64,000 bases of DNA, from the NCBI GenBank assembly GCA_950097015.1, contig CATNEN010000039.1, positions 10,664,001 to 10,728,000 of the forward strand. The letters are read 5' to 3'. Below are positions 1 to 11,759 of the stretch, one piece after another (positions within the stretch are counted from its first letter, which is position 1; every line of letters starts with the position of its first letter). The position numbers and the translations under genes are program-made. The notes beneath the pieces were generated by a model. The model made no database searches. It worked only from the letters and a program-made list of their open reading frames with translations, and had not been told where the DNA came from. The stretch comes from Macrostomum hystrix (Eukaryota > Animalia > Platyhelminthes).

Positions 1-2
1 GG

Positions 3-203
3 TTCCCGCTATTCGGTTTAGTCTGGTGCCTCAGCTTTGGCCGGCTGCAGTTCTGGTTGCTGCCAAATCTAACAGAGGATGTCGGCGTCCTAGAATCATT
101 CGTGCCAGTCGTCAGCTACGACTGGGGGACAGCATCGTCGGCTCAGGCGTTGAAAAATTCGACAGCTGAGGCGTCTAATGGTGGCGACAAAAAGACCAAC
201 TGA
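3..203 (+). CDS. SEC62: Sec62 translocon subunit, 3' coding end (gene begins upstream of the window)
   Basis: Frame from nt 3 reads FPLFGLVWCLSFGRLQFWLLPNLTEDVGVLESFVPVVSYDW...KKTN*. This matches the conserved Sec62 post-TM2 motif FWLLPNLTxDVGxxESFxP. TGA at 201-203; AATAAA at about 224. Confidence 0.85.
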   Translation, partial: FPLFGLVWCLSFGRLQFWLLPNLTEDVGVLESFVPVVSYDWGTASSAQALKNSTAEASNGGDKKTN

Positions 204-675
204 AGAATGGTTACAATTTCAAAAATAAAAAATGTCGCTGTTCCATTAGTAACTAGTGTAGTTGTGTATTAGAAAGATTTCTAAGTTAAAATTTTATGCC
301 TGACTTAAGTCAGAATTGAAGCAGAAAAGCCAGTAATAAATACTTAGTTATTTGTTGCACTTCGATCTGAATCTATCGGAAATGCACTCACCGAATTGTG
401 TCTAATTCGTTTGTCAGTTTGGTGTGACTTTTCTGGAAACTATTATTATGTTCCTTGTATTCTGTGTATTTCTGTGTGCGCTTATTTTCTAATGCTAAGC
501 GTCATTATCATCCGTCTGCGTTGTTTTTTCTTGCTTTTTAATCAATCGCTTTTTTCATGCGTTTCCTCTGTTATTGTCTTTTAATTAATTAAATTTTCTT
601 TATTTGTTGTCTTCCTCGGTGCTTAGGTGAAAAACGGTCAGTTTCATTTTTGTCACCTTAGCTTGCCTGGTTATT

Positions 676-1682
676 GGGCCGTATGAATAAAAAAAAGAAA
701 TTTTTTTCTTGCTAGAAATCCATGAATTTCTTGCGTTTATAAGAATAAAAAACTGCGAGTTTCTTGCAAGATTTTCTCGCCAAGAAAATCTCGAGCTTTC
801 ACAAGAAAAGATTTACTCGGCAAGAAAATCTCACGAGGAAAAGATTTTCTTGCTTTCTGATGAATAAAAGACGTGATTTTCTCGCCGAGAGAGCCGACAC
901 TTGAGTTTTATGCGAGCAACTCTTTCTCTGGCTCAAGCGAATCTTCAGCGCCCATAACACGAGACACGAGATGTTCCTTCAGATCAGAAAGACCAAGGAG
1001 TACCTGCCCCGACAGGCCACTCCAGTGGAGACATAGAGACAGCTTCATCGATTCACTGAGGATCACGTGACCTTTCTGACAACGCGCTTCCTAGGACATA
1101 CTTCCGAGACAAGGGGCGGTGCGCTGACACCGAAACAGAAGATGGAGATCACGCTGCGGTACCTGAGCAACCCTGGCTTTCAATCCGGTGTTGCCAAGGA
1201 GACAGGTGTTCATCAAAGCACGGTGTCAAATGTTGTTTGGGACGTCCTGCAGAGTATCGCGCGGCTGTCTCACGAATGGATTCAATTTCCACAGGAAGGT
1301 GCTTCAGCGAACCGTACTAAGGCACAGTTCACTGAAGCAATGGGCTTTTGCCACTTTCTAGTAGGATTTTTCTGGACGGATTTTCGGTGTTCACGTGGTT
1401 TTAGCCATAGACACAGCATGGGCTGCGCCCAAGCCTGAGGAGACGGCCGTCGATTCCACGTCACCGACATCTTGGTTTGGGCCCTAGACAACTTTCAGCC
1501 AAGTGGCAGTCGCCGAGAAAATCTCACGAGCCGAGAAACTTTTATTCATGTCTTTTCTAGAATATCTTGACTCGTAAGATTTTCTCCAACAGATTTTCTT
1601 GCCGGAAAAGAATTTCTTTAAAGAAATTCTTGGCTCGTAAGATAATCTTTAAAGATTTTCTCACGTTTTATTCATACGGCCC
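676..1682 (+). mobile_element. Internally deleted PIF/Harbinger-type DNA transposon
   Basis: Perfect 17-bp TIRs GGGCCGTATGAATAAAA (676-692) / TTTTATTCATACGGCCC (1666-1682), ATT on both flanks, and AAGAAAATCTC-type subterminal repeats. The internal fragment (about 995-1350; ...GGALTPKQKMEITLRYLSNPGFQSGVAKETGVHQSTVS...WIQFP) resembles the N-terminal HTH region of HARBI1-like transposases. The DDE core is absent and there is an in-frame stop. Confidence 0.8.
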
Positions 1683-2002
1683 ATTGAGTTAATTGTGAAC
1701 TTCTCAACTTCATTCACTATGTTTGACTGTCATTTCCTAGTCTTTATCTTTGAAAATATTAGCTTTTAACCCGTGAATACTAAGTACTAGCAATGAGGAC
1801 ATGCACCATTGAATTATTCCAAAAATGACTTGTGCGTCTTTTGCTCTAAAAATTGCAACAACTGCATAAGTAGGCCGTAACGTAATATAAGAGTCATCAG
1901 ATTCTACTGACTAGTTCATTTGACGTTTATTCTACTATTTAATAGAAAATTTATCTACTTTACCTTGTAGTTTTTTATTTCGAGTTTATCTGATTGACTG
2001 AG

Positions 2003-3555
2003 TCTAACTGAGTCTGACAGGAATCTTATGGAGTCTGACAGGAATCTAATGGAGTCTGACAGGAATCTTATGGAGTCTGACAGGAATCTTATAGAGTCTG
2101 TCAGGAATCTTATAGAGTCTGACAGGAATCTTATAGAGTCTGACAGGAATCTTATAGATTCTGACGGGAATCTTATGGAGTCTGACAGGAATCTTATAGA
2201 GTCTGACAGGAATCTTATAGAGTCTGACAGGAATCTTATAGATTCTGACGGGAATCTAATGGAGTCTGACAGGAATCTTATGGAGTCTGACAGGAATCTT
2301 ATAGAGTCTGACAGGAATCTTATGGAGTCTGACGGGAATCTTATAGAGTCTGACAGGAATCTTATGGAGTCTGACAGTAATCTTATGGAGTCTGACAGGA
2401 ATCTTATGGAGTCTGACAGAAATCTTATGGAGTCTGACGGGAATCTTATAGAGTCTGACAGGAATCTTATGGAGTCTGACAGTAATCTTATGGAGTCTGA
2501 CAGGAATCTTATGGAGTCTGACAGAAATCTTATGGAGTCTGACAGGAATCTTATAGAGACTGACGGGAATCTAATGGAGTCTGACAGGAATCTTATGGAG
2601 TCTGACAGGAATCTTTTAGAGTCTGACGGGAATCTTATAGAGTCTGACAGGAATCTTATGGAGTCTGACAGGAATCTAATGGTGTCTGACAGGAATCTTA
2701 TAGAGTCTGACAGGAATCTTATAGAGTCTGACAGGAATCTTATAGAGTCTGACGGGAATCTTATAGAGTCTGACAGGAATCTTATAGAGACTGACAGGAA
2801 TCTTATGGAGTCTGACAGAAATCTTATGGAGTCTGACAGGAATCTTATAGATTCTGACGGGAATCTAATGGAGTCTGACAGGAATCTTATGGAGTCTGAC
2901 AGGAATCTTATAGAGTCTGACAGGAATCTTATAGAGTCTGACGGGAATCTTATGGAGTCTGACAGGAATCTTATAGAGTCTGACAGGAATCTTATAGAGT
3001 CTGACGGGGATCTAATAGAGTCTGACGGGAATCTTATAGAGTCTGACAGGAATCTTATGGAGTCTGACAGGAATCTTATGGAGTCTGACAGGAATCTAAC
3101 TCAGTATGACAGGAATCTAACTGAGTATGACAGGAATCTAACTCAGTATGACAGGAATCTAACTCAGTATGACAGGAATCTAACTGAGTATGACAGGAAT
3201 CTAACTGAGTCTGACAGGAATCTTATGGAGTCTGACAGGAATCTTATGGAGTCTGACGGGAATCTTTTAGAGTCTGACGGGAATCTTATAGAGTCTGACA
3301 GGAATCTTATGGAGTCTGACAGGAATCTTATGGAGTCTGACAGGAATCTTATAGAGTCTGACGGGAATCTAATAGAGTCTGACGGGAATCTTATAGAGTC
3401 TGACAGGAATCTTATGGAGTCTGACAGGAATCTAACTGAGTATGACAGGAATCTAACTGATTATGACAGGAATCTAACTGAGTATGACAGGAATCTAACT
3501 GATTATGACAGGAATCTTATTGAATATGACAGGAATCTAACTGAGTATGACAGGA
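2003..3555. repeat. 21-bp minisatellite (GAGTCTGACAGGAATCTTATG), about 74 units
   Basis: Direct tandem repeat with point variants; gives the spurious MESDRNL ORF. Confidence 0.95.
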
Positions 3556-3857
3556 CATATAATTCACAAACTAGAAAAGAAGACAGCTCGAAAAACTCAA
3601 TTACTTTTTTAAGTACACTAATTATCGAGCAATGGTTTCATAACTCTTCGACCGTTTGCACTTGGACTATATAATTATATATTTTTCCTTATAATCAGTA
3701 TCATTAAATCTAGCCATAATTTTGTAAGCAGATAATGACCCTATTAATTTTTATGGACTAAATTGGTGAGAGCAGGAACAGCGAGATAGCGGCATGAATA
3801 GTCTATGGTAAAATAATTAGTCAAGCAGCCTATAGGCACAAAAGCGCGCTTCACTTT

Positions 3858-5251
3858 TCACAGCTCATCGTGTTGCGAGCCATCCTCGGAGTCTGGCTTG
3901 TGGCCGACGAAGATCTGCCACTTCTCCATGATCTCGTCGCGAGTCAGGTTCTTGTCGTTGTCCTTGTCGGCCAGCTTGAACAGGTGCTCAGTTTCCTGGA
4001 ATGCGAATTCGTTTTACTCGGTGGACTCGGTGGACGCGATAGTTGCGATTTTTCAAAATGATTTTACCTTGCGCGAATGGTCGTAATCGTCTGGCACGAT
4101 CCACTTGTACACCTCGGTGGGGTCCAGGGCGCCGTCCTTGTTGAGGTCGAGCTTCTCCTAAAACGAATTACGCGATGATGTTAGCGCTTTCAATTAGTCA
4201 TCGTGAAACATTTCGAAGGAGAAGCCCCCGCAGGAGATGTTCTCGCCACGGCGCTCACCTTGAACCGTTTCTCCTCTTTCTCCACCCACTTGGGCAGCTT
4301 CTTCTTGTCCTTAACATCGGCTTCGTAGGTCGGGTGCAGGTCGTTCATGTACTCGTTGAGGTCCACCTTGCCGTCCTTGTTCTTGTCTGTCGCCATCATG
4401 GCCTCCTGCACAACGACGTCACGCATTCTCGGGGACTCCTCCGGTCTGAGGAAGTCGGCGAACTCCGCCTTGTTCAGCAGGCGGTCGCCGTCAGCGTCGG
4501 CCTTGGCCCAGCGAGCCTGGTCGCGCACGGTGCGGTTGTTGAACTCCTCCAGGGCCAGCTTGTCCGTGGTTTCATCGCCGACAATGTCGTGGTGGATGGC
4601 CTTCTTGTACTCGTCGCTGCGGGAGTGTGTCAAGAATAAGTTCGCGGGTCACTTAAGCACTAGTTTAAGAGTTCCCTGTTTCAGATGATCGAATTGGCTC
4701 ACAATGTCATCGGTGCGTTCACATCCAGAGCGTGGTTGAACAGTTTGATAGCTTCGAAACGCTTGTCAGACGACAATCGACGCTCGCGCTGAGCGACACC
4801 AGACAGCCACTGCTGCAACTCCTCGACACTGATCTTCGTGTCATTGTTGAGGTCGATCTTGGGCAGTAGCTCCAGCAGGGTGTCCTTGGCCTGCTTGGCT
4901 GACAGATCGTCAAAGCGATGCGAGCCTTCGCGACCTGAGAGATTCGAGAGTCAAAAATTTAGCTCAGCAGCCACCAAACAAAGAGTGTCAGGATCCTCCC
5001 AACTCACCGAGAAACGATTCCCGATCATAGGCCGGGTCATGGTCTTTGTCATCGTCCTCCTTGTCGTCGTCATCATCGTCATCGTCGTCATCGTCGTCAT
5101 CGTCGCCGTGCTCAACATCGGACGGTCGGGCGTCGTAGACTCGCTTATCTCGACGATGCCGTTTTCGATGCCGGCGACCTCCCTCGGCGTCGGCGATCAA
5201 CAGAGAAGCCACCAGCACAAGCAGCAGCAATGGCAGGGCGCGGCCGAACAT
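3858..5251 (-). CDS. Calumenin/reticulocalbin-like (CREC family) ER EF-hand Ca2+-binding protein, 5 exons: 5251-5008, 4934-4703, 4616-4259, 4157-4068, 3995-3858
   Basis: Signal peptide MFGRALPLLLLVLVASLLIA, CREC motif DHDPAYDRESFLG, EF-hands (DLNNDTKISVEEL, DADGDRLLNKAEF, DKNKDGKVDLNEY, DLNKDGALDPTEV, DKDNDKNLTRDEI) and C-terminal HDEL*. All introns are GT-AG with consistent phases. Confidence 0.92.
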
Positions 5252-5369
5252 ATTTTGAACCGTTTGGCTCAAGTAAGGGAAATTGAACGTCAGGACGTCA
5301 AATTGAAACTGTCAAACTAGAGGTGGGATATTTTTGTTGCGAAGAATTTCCCCCATACGGTACGAGCGC

Positions 5370-5457
5370 CTTTTATAACAACAGCGCGGCCGCTCGAGGG
5401 AGGGGGCGCATGAGGCGGCAGCAGCAGAGGCAGCGTAGCATTGTGTGACGTGTCACA
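5370..5457 (-). promoter_or_regulatory. Putative promoter of the calumenin-like gene: TATA box plus UPRE/CRE-like palindrome
   Basis: TATAAAAG on the minus strand at 5377-5370, about 120 nt above the ATG; near-palindrome TGTGACGTGTCACA at 5444-5457 containing TGACGTG. Confidence 0.45.
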
Positions 5458-7110
5458 ACTCACCGCATGGCTGAGCATGGCAGCGCTTTGGTTGAGTAAG
5501 ACTAGGGACAAAGTGGAGGCACCCACTCCCGCAGTTTGAGAACCCTGGACAATTTGCAACAGTTTCGCGGGCACGCATGCAGTTTAGTGAACGAAACTAA
5601 ATACAAGCCATTCACATCGGTCGATTAAACAACGTGGATTTTTTTAAAAACTACGCAAAGTCTTAAAGGAAGTCAGCAACTTGAGTCCGTAAGTCACAAC
5701 TGCTAGCAAGCTGTTTCCCCTATCTAGGCAATGTTGCCTCCACTGGTCAGCGTGTGTTTCAGCCGTACATGTTTCCCATTTTTCCCATATTTCCCATTCT
5801 CTCAGAGGTTTGAGTTCTCTATTGAGCAGGATTGGTTAGAGTGAGTTGAAAACTTCATTTCTCAAAGATTATCAAACGTCAGTGTTACTCGTGTGCTTAA
5901 AGAACAGGTGGCCTTGGCTGAGTCACAGCGCAACAGAAAGACTTGAGTGGCTGCAATTCCTAATGTTTATGAACTGCATTAGATTATAAATTAGCAAATA
6001 CATTTCTTCTTATGGAGTCCTAGACTTAAAATTTCAATTTAGAAGTTTTTTTCTTCTTCCAAGGATTGAGTAGCTTTGCAATGTAAATTCATTAGATAAA
6101 TGAAATAAATAATAAAATACCAAAAGCAAATGACTGTGAGGCATAAGTTTTACTAAGCAAATGCAGATAGCTTTAACTCAACTAGGACACGAAAGTGTTT
6201 GCAAAGCAGCATAGATTTAATTATAACTCAGTCGAATTACACACTTTTTGCTTCAGTGTAACGCAAGGTTCAACTTAACTGAAAAAACTTTAAAATTCAA
6301 AACTAGAACGAATTTTTATGGGATGAAATTTGTTAAGATTTGTTTTTCTCCTAGAAATCTTGACATTTTAGAAAATAAGTTTGTTAAACAAAAGAACTGT
6401 TCTAAGAAATCCAATTTCATGATGTCCAAATGATGGGAAATTATTAAGTACCAATCACCAGTTCCTGATCCAAAGAAGTAGGCATTTTCGATAAATAGCT
6501 AACCTTGAAATAAATAAGTTATTCGCATTCGTATTAGGGGAATTTCTAAGAAAGCAAGGAATTGTTTATGCCCACAGCATGAGAACTATCAAGCATTCAT
6601 GAATTTTTTGCTTGCCGAAGGAAAATAGAAATTTCTTAGAAACAAGAAAACCTTTGATTTCTAGGAAAGGGAAAGTTTCTAAGAAATAACAACTCTTTAT
6701 CCTAAAGAATGGGATACCTTACTCTAAGGTGACCTTATAAACTCTTGATTCCAAGGAAAGATTAAATTTCTTAGAAACAAGAAACTAAATTTCTAGGAAA
6801 CTATAGATTTCTCTGAAACAATAATTCTAAAGAAATATTTATTCTAAGAGAATGGGATACCATAAAGGTAACTCCAATGAATAGTTATATTTCCTAGAAA
6901 CAAGACCCCGTTGATTTATAGGAAAGCGGTAATTTCTTCAAGAAGTAGTTTACTTCTAACTCGTAGAAAGAAGGAAATTTCCTAGAAGAAATGGTACTTT
7001 TCTTAGAAACCAAGGGCCAAATCTAGGCCAATTAAAACAAACGCCGCCATAGAATAATCTATACAATTTCAGTGACAAAGAGTCAAACAAAGAGTCCAGT
7101 AACTATGGAG

Positions 7111-9041
7111 CTAGATCTGGCGATAAATTCGCTGAGACCGCAGACGGTCAATCTCTCGCTGCATTATTTCGGCATTCGGCAGCCAGCCGTGTCGCTGGCC
7201 GGGTAGGTCTGCCGGATGCAAATACTTCGGCGGCCGGCCCTCCCTAAGGCGCAGCTGCAGTTTGCTGTAGGGCCGCCGGTAGTGCAGCAGCATCCAGCGG
7301 GCATTCTTGCGCAGCACAGTGTAGCTGCCGTCCCGGCTGACTCGCACAGTTTCAATCCACATGTCCGACTCGAATTCGACGGATTCTTCGTTAATCATCT
7401 GGCGCACGCCGGCCTCGATGGCTTGGCTGACGCAGAGCGGCGCCAAGTGGCCGAATTTGCGCCAAACTCTGTGACTGTCGGGTCGCTCGGACAGCAGGCG
7501 CAGCTTGTCCAGCGCAGGCTGCACCGACATGCCCTGAGAGTGGGAATCGGGGAAAATCAGCTTGGAACTGGTCATAAAATTCATTTGTGTGTTAAAAATC
7601 GCGGTGAGTCATCAACTAACTTTATTTACGACTTGGAAAGTTTCTGCTGTGAATAGCAATGCCTAGTTACTCATAAGCAATCTAGTCTAATGAGCCAGAT
7701 CGGCTCATACTTCTCACATTGATAAGCCTTATTTCTCCTGAATGACTCATCTATTATTGACGAGCTTAATGATGAGTAATGTCTATATGACCTATGACCT
7801 ATGTCTATATGACCAATCTATCTCTATGACCAATCTGTCTCTATGACCAATCTGTCTCTATGACCAATCGTCTCTATGACCAATCTGTCTCTATGACCAA
7901 TCTGTCTCTATGACCAATCTATGACCAATCGTCTCTATGACCAATCTGTCTCCATGAACAATCGTCTATATGACCAATCTGTCTCTATGACCAATCTATG
8001 ACCAATCGTCTCTATGACCAATCTGTTTCCATGAACAATCGTCTATATGACCAATCTGTCTCTATGACCAATCTATGACCAATCGTCTCTATGACCAATC
8101 TGTCTCCATGAACAATCGTCTTTATGACCAATCTGTCTCTATGACCAATCTGTCTCTATGACCAATCATTTCTATGACCAATCGTCTTTATGACCAATCG
8201 TCTCTATGACCAATCTGTCTCTATGACCAATCCGTCTCTATGACCAATCTGTTTCTATGACCAATCGTCTCTATGACCAATCGTCTCTATGGCCAATCTG
8301 TCTCTATGACCAATCTGTCTCTATGACCAATCGTCTCTATGACCAATCTGTCTCTATGACCAATCTGTCTCTATGACCAATCTGTCTTTTTGACCAATCT
8401 GAGCAATCTGTTATGCCCGAACAATCCATTATTTCTGAGCAATATAATTAATCTACAATGATCAATCTATATTATTTATGATCAATCTATATGATTTATG
8501 AGCAATCTCTTAGCGAACCCACCTGAACAGCGATGCCAAACAGTAGCAGAGCCTTAGGATCGATGCTGATTTTTCCGAACTCAACGCAGGTCTCTGCCGG
8601 CCGCCTGACAGCGGCATCGTCCTCAGTTTCGGCGTCCAATTTTGGCGGATAGACAACAGTGTTGAAGCGCAGGAAGTCGTTGGCAACACGCCGCGGCGGC
8701 TCGTACTCAGCCACCCGGGGCAGGCGCATGTGATAGCTGGCCTCATAGTCTCCGGCCGGCCCGGCTGCGCCGCCCAATTTGCCGCTGACGCCGTCGCGAG
8801 CGAAGTGCCGAAATTCGCCGGTGAGAATTCGGCGCTTCATCCGGCCAGTAGGCAGATCGCCGGAGACCTCCCCAGACAGGCTCAGGTCGTAGCCGTCGAC
8901 GTCGATGTCATCGACGGTGTGCTCGTCTGCTGGCGGTTCGTACTCGAATCGGGCCGAGCGGAACGAAGTACAAAGGCAGCTCCGACCATAGACTAAGACT
9001 GCGCCCGGAGACAATCGAGAGAGCAGCGACGAAATAAGCAT
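7111..9041 (-). CDS. MRPL22: Mitochondrial ribosomal protein L22 (uL22m), 2 exons: 9041-8523 and 7533-7111
   Basis: Spliced protein carries the uL22m landmarks N.VVYPP...RRPAE, GMSV, VEFESDMWI, LREGRPP, LRSQRI. Phase-0 GT-AG intron; transit-peptide-like N-terminus MLISSLLSRLS. Confidence 0.85.
7785..8400. repeat. About 17-bp minisatellite (TCTATGACCAATCTGTC) in the mRpL22 intron
   Basis: Tandem array visible directly. Confidence 0.95.
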
Positions 9042-9184
9042 TGTTGACACCGACACTAATTCGCTCCGTCTGCAGGTTCTTGATTTTTACTGAAAGATTT
9101 TTTTCGAAGGTTACGAAACCTTAACACCAAGGTTTGAGTGATAACTGAAACGAAAATCGAAATGATTAGTAACCTAAAATATAC

Positions 9185-9870
9185 AAACTAATTCCTGAAA
9201 TGTAAAAACTGAGTTCCTAAAATGTAAAAACTGAGTTCCTAAAATCTATACACTAAATTCCTAAATCTACAAACTGAATTTCTAAATCTACAAACTGAAT
9301 TTCTAAATCTACAAACTGAATTCCTTAAATCTACAAACTGAATTCCTAAATCTACACACTGAATTCCTAAAATCTACAAACTGAATTCCTAAAATCTACA
9401 AACTGAATTCCTAAATCTACAAACTGAATTCCTAAAATCTACAAACTGAATTTCTAAAATCTACAAACTGAATTCCGAAAATCTACAAACTGAATTCCTA
9501 AATCCACAAACTGAATTCCTAAAATCTACAAACTGAATTCCTAAAATCTACAAACAGAATTCCTAAATCTACAAACTAAATTCCTAAAATCTACAAACAG
9601 AATTCCCAAATCTACAAACTAAATTCCTAAAATCTACAAACTAAATTCCTAAAATCTACAAACTAAATTCCTTAAATCTACAAACCAAATTCCTAAATTT
9701 TCTAAAAACTTAATTTCTAAAATCTAAAAACTGAGTTCCTAAAGTCTAGACACAAAATTCCTTAAATCTACAAACTAAATTTCTGAAATTTACGAGTGCA
9801 AACTGAAATTCTAAAATCTAGACACTAAATTCCTAAATTTAACAACTAAATTCCTAAAATCTACAAACTG
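9185..9870. repeat. 21-22-bp minisatellite (CTAAAATCTACAAACTGAATTC) between SGT1 and mRpL22
   Basis: Tandem array visible directly. Confidence 0.95.
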
Positions 9871-10495
9871 AAGTCCTGCACAGCAATGCCATGCACAGCA
9901 GCAGCGGAGGTGGACAATTTGCAGAGTTAATTCCGTTGTACTTGGATTTTAGAAAGCGAACATCTTCAATCGCATCTCACTTGATGGTAAATCATGAGCA
10001 AATAACAGGTAATATGACATTTGTGACAACTTCATTAACTTAACTACTTGCAGTAGTTTATGCGTGCATGAATAAGCTTGAATTACTTGGCTTTAGTGTT
10101 GCCGGGTATTTAATTATCATGTGAATAGATAAGAAAAGCTAAGAAACAGACAGCAATGTCACAGACAATTTATACCAACACATAATTGGCCAGACAATAT
10201 AAATAATATTAATTTTACACATTACTGGGTAAGAGAGATCGTTCAAAAGTTTAACCTTTATCGTTACTTTCTGTGGATTTAACGGAAAAAACGAAATAGC
10301 AAGAGTCAAACTTCAAAAACTCGTTAATTTTTTTTTTATCGGATATTTATAATTTTATCTGCACTTTTACCTCAATCAGTTCAAGGAAATAAAATTTGTC
10401 CCAACCGACAAGTTCGTTTGCTTTGCCAGCAGAAATTAGACTTTTGTTCAGAAATATAATGTAACATTTAAACGATTAAAAAGGCTGTCTGGGTG

Positions 10496-11759
10496 TCAAG
10501 AGTCCCACTTCTTATACTCCATACCATCCGGCGGCTTGACATCAACCTTGGCTTTGGCGACATCCTGCCAGTTTGTTGACAGCACGGTTCCGCCGCTCTC
10601 TGTAAAGCTCTTAACCATAGCCTTACGCTGCTCGTCCGTGCCGTCGCTGTAGATCTTCTGGAACAGGTCGTTCAGCGCTGCGTCGCCCTCCAACTTTTCG
10701 TCCTCAATAGACTTGGCTATGGCGTCCCAGTTTTTGCCCTGAATTGATTGAGTTTGATTGTTTTAAGGAGTTCGAATCTTAACACGAAGGGTCTGGAGTT
10801 CGAATCTTTAACCGAAATGTCTGGAGTTTAAATCTTAGCCCGAAATGTCTGGAGTTCGAATCTTAACACGAAGGGTCTGGAGTTCAAATCCTAGCCCGAT
10901 AGGTCAGGAGTTCGAATCTTAACCCGGGAGGTCTTGAGTTCGAATCTTAACCCGGGAGGTCTGCAGTTCGAATCTTAACTCGATAGGTCTGGAGTTCGAA
11001 TCTTAACTCGGGAGGCCAGGAGTTCTCAATAGACTTGGCTACGGCATCCCAGTTTTTGCCCTGAATTGGTTGAGTTTGATTGTTTAAAGGAGTTCGAATC
11101 TTAACACGAAGGGTCTGGAGTTTAAATCCTAGCCAGAGAGGTCTGAAGTTCGAATCTTAACTCGAGAGGCCACGAGTTTGAATCTTAATCCGGGAGATCA
11201 GCAGTTCGAATCTTAACTTGAGAGGTCAGGAGTTCGAATCTTAACCTAAATTTCAATAAGATGATTAAGTTTGATGCCTTAAATTAGTTATTAGTTCAAG
11301 TTACAAATGAGATCCCAGAGGGGATAATTTTCCCACCTGTTGCACGGGAGCCGGCGCAACCGGTTGCGTCATCTCCCCACCGCCCAGTTGTTTAGGCGGG
11401 GCAGGCAGAGTGGCCGCCAGACTTGTGTCGGCGCCCTCCAGTACACCCCACCGCAGGCCCAGCTGCTGCTTATTGAGCCTTAGATCCAATCGGGTGGGCT
11501 TGACGCTTAACTGGATGCCCTCGCCAGCAACGGCATGTGCCAGTCGGAGCTGCGTGCTGGCAGCCTCGCCCGCCACACGGTAGTTCACCGTTACTGTGCA
11601 ACCGTCGTCGCTAACGACGCCAAAAGCGGTGTTGTCATTGGCAACGCCTTTAAGAAATATTGAAACGGACACGTAGGCGTCAGTTTGATACCAGTCAATG
11701 CGAGGCCGCGACGACAGCTGCTGCTGCTGTTGTTGCTGCTCTTCAGTAGAGTCGCTCAT
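10496..11759 (-). CDS. SUGT1: SGT1 Hsp90 co-chaperone (CS + SGS domains, no TPR), 2 exons: 11759-11337 and 10738-10496
   Basis: CS-domain start [19 protein letters not shown]; SGS domain KNWDAI...[41 protein letters not shown]...[10 protein letters not shown]; phase-0 GT-AG intron. Confidence 0.92.
10767..11246. repeat. 28-bp minisatellite (GGAGTTCGAATCTTAACNCGRRRGGTCT), about 16 units, in the SGT1 intron; interrupted by a duplicated splice acceptor
   Basis: Tandem array; most units contain GTTCGAATC. Confidence 0.9.

Noticed and set aside
2028-3674. 548-aa MESDRNL-repeat ORF
   Set aside because: Arises from a 21-bp minisatellite whose unit lacks a stop in one frame. No signal peptide, domain or splice evidence, and similar satellites fill the window. 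RNA-seq would be needed to revive it.
6330-7018. AT-rich block with many TTCTAGGAAA/AAGAAA motifs ending CCAAGGGCC, possibly a Harbinger-type MITE
   Set aside because: No matching left TIR or TSD could be found by eye.
11301-11759. SGT1 lacking the TPR domain as a novelty
   Set aside because: TPR-less SGT1 is already known in several invertebrates such as Drosophila.
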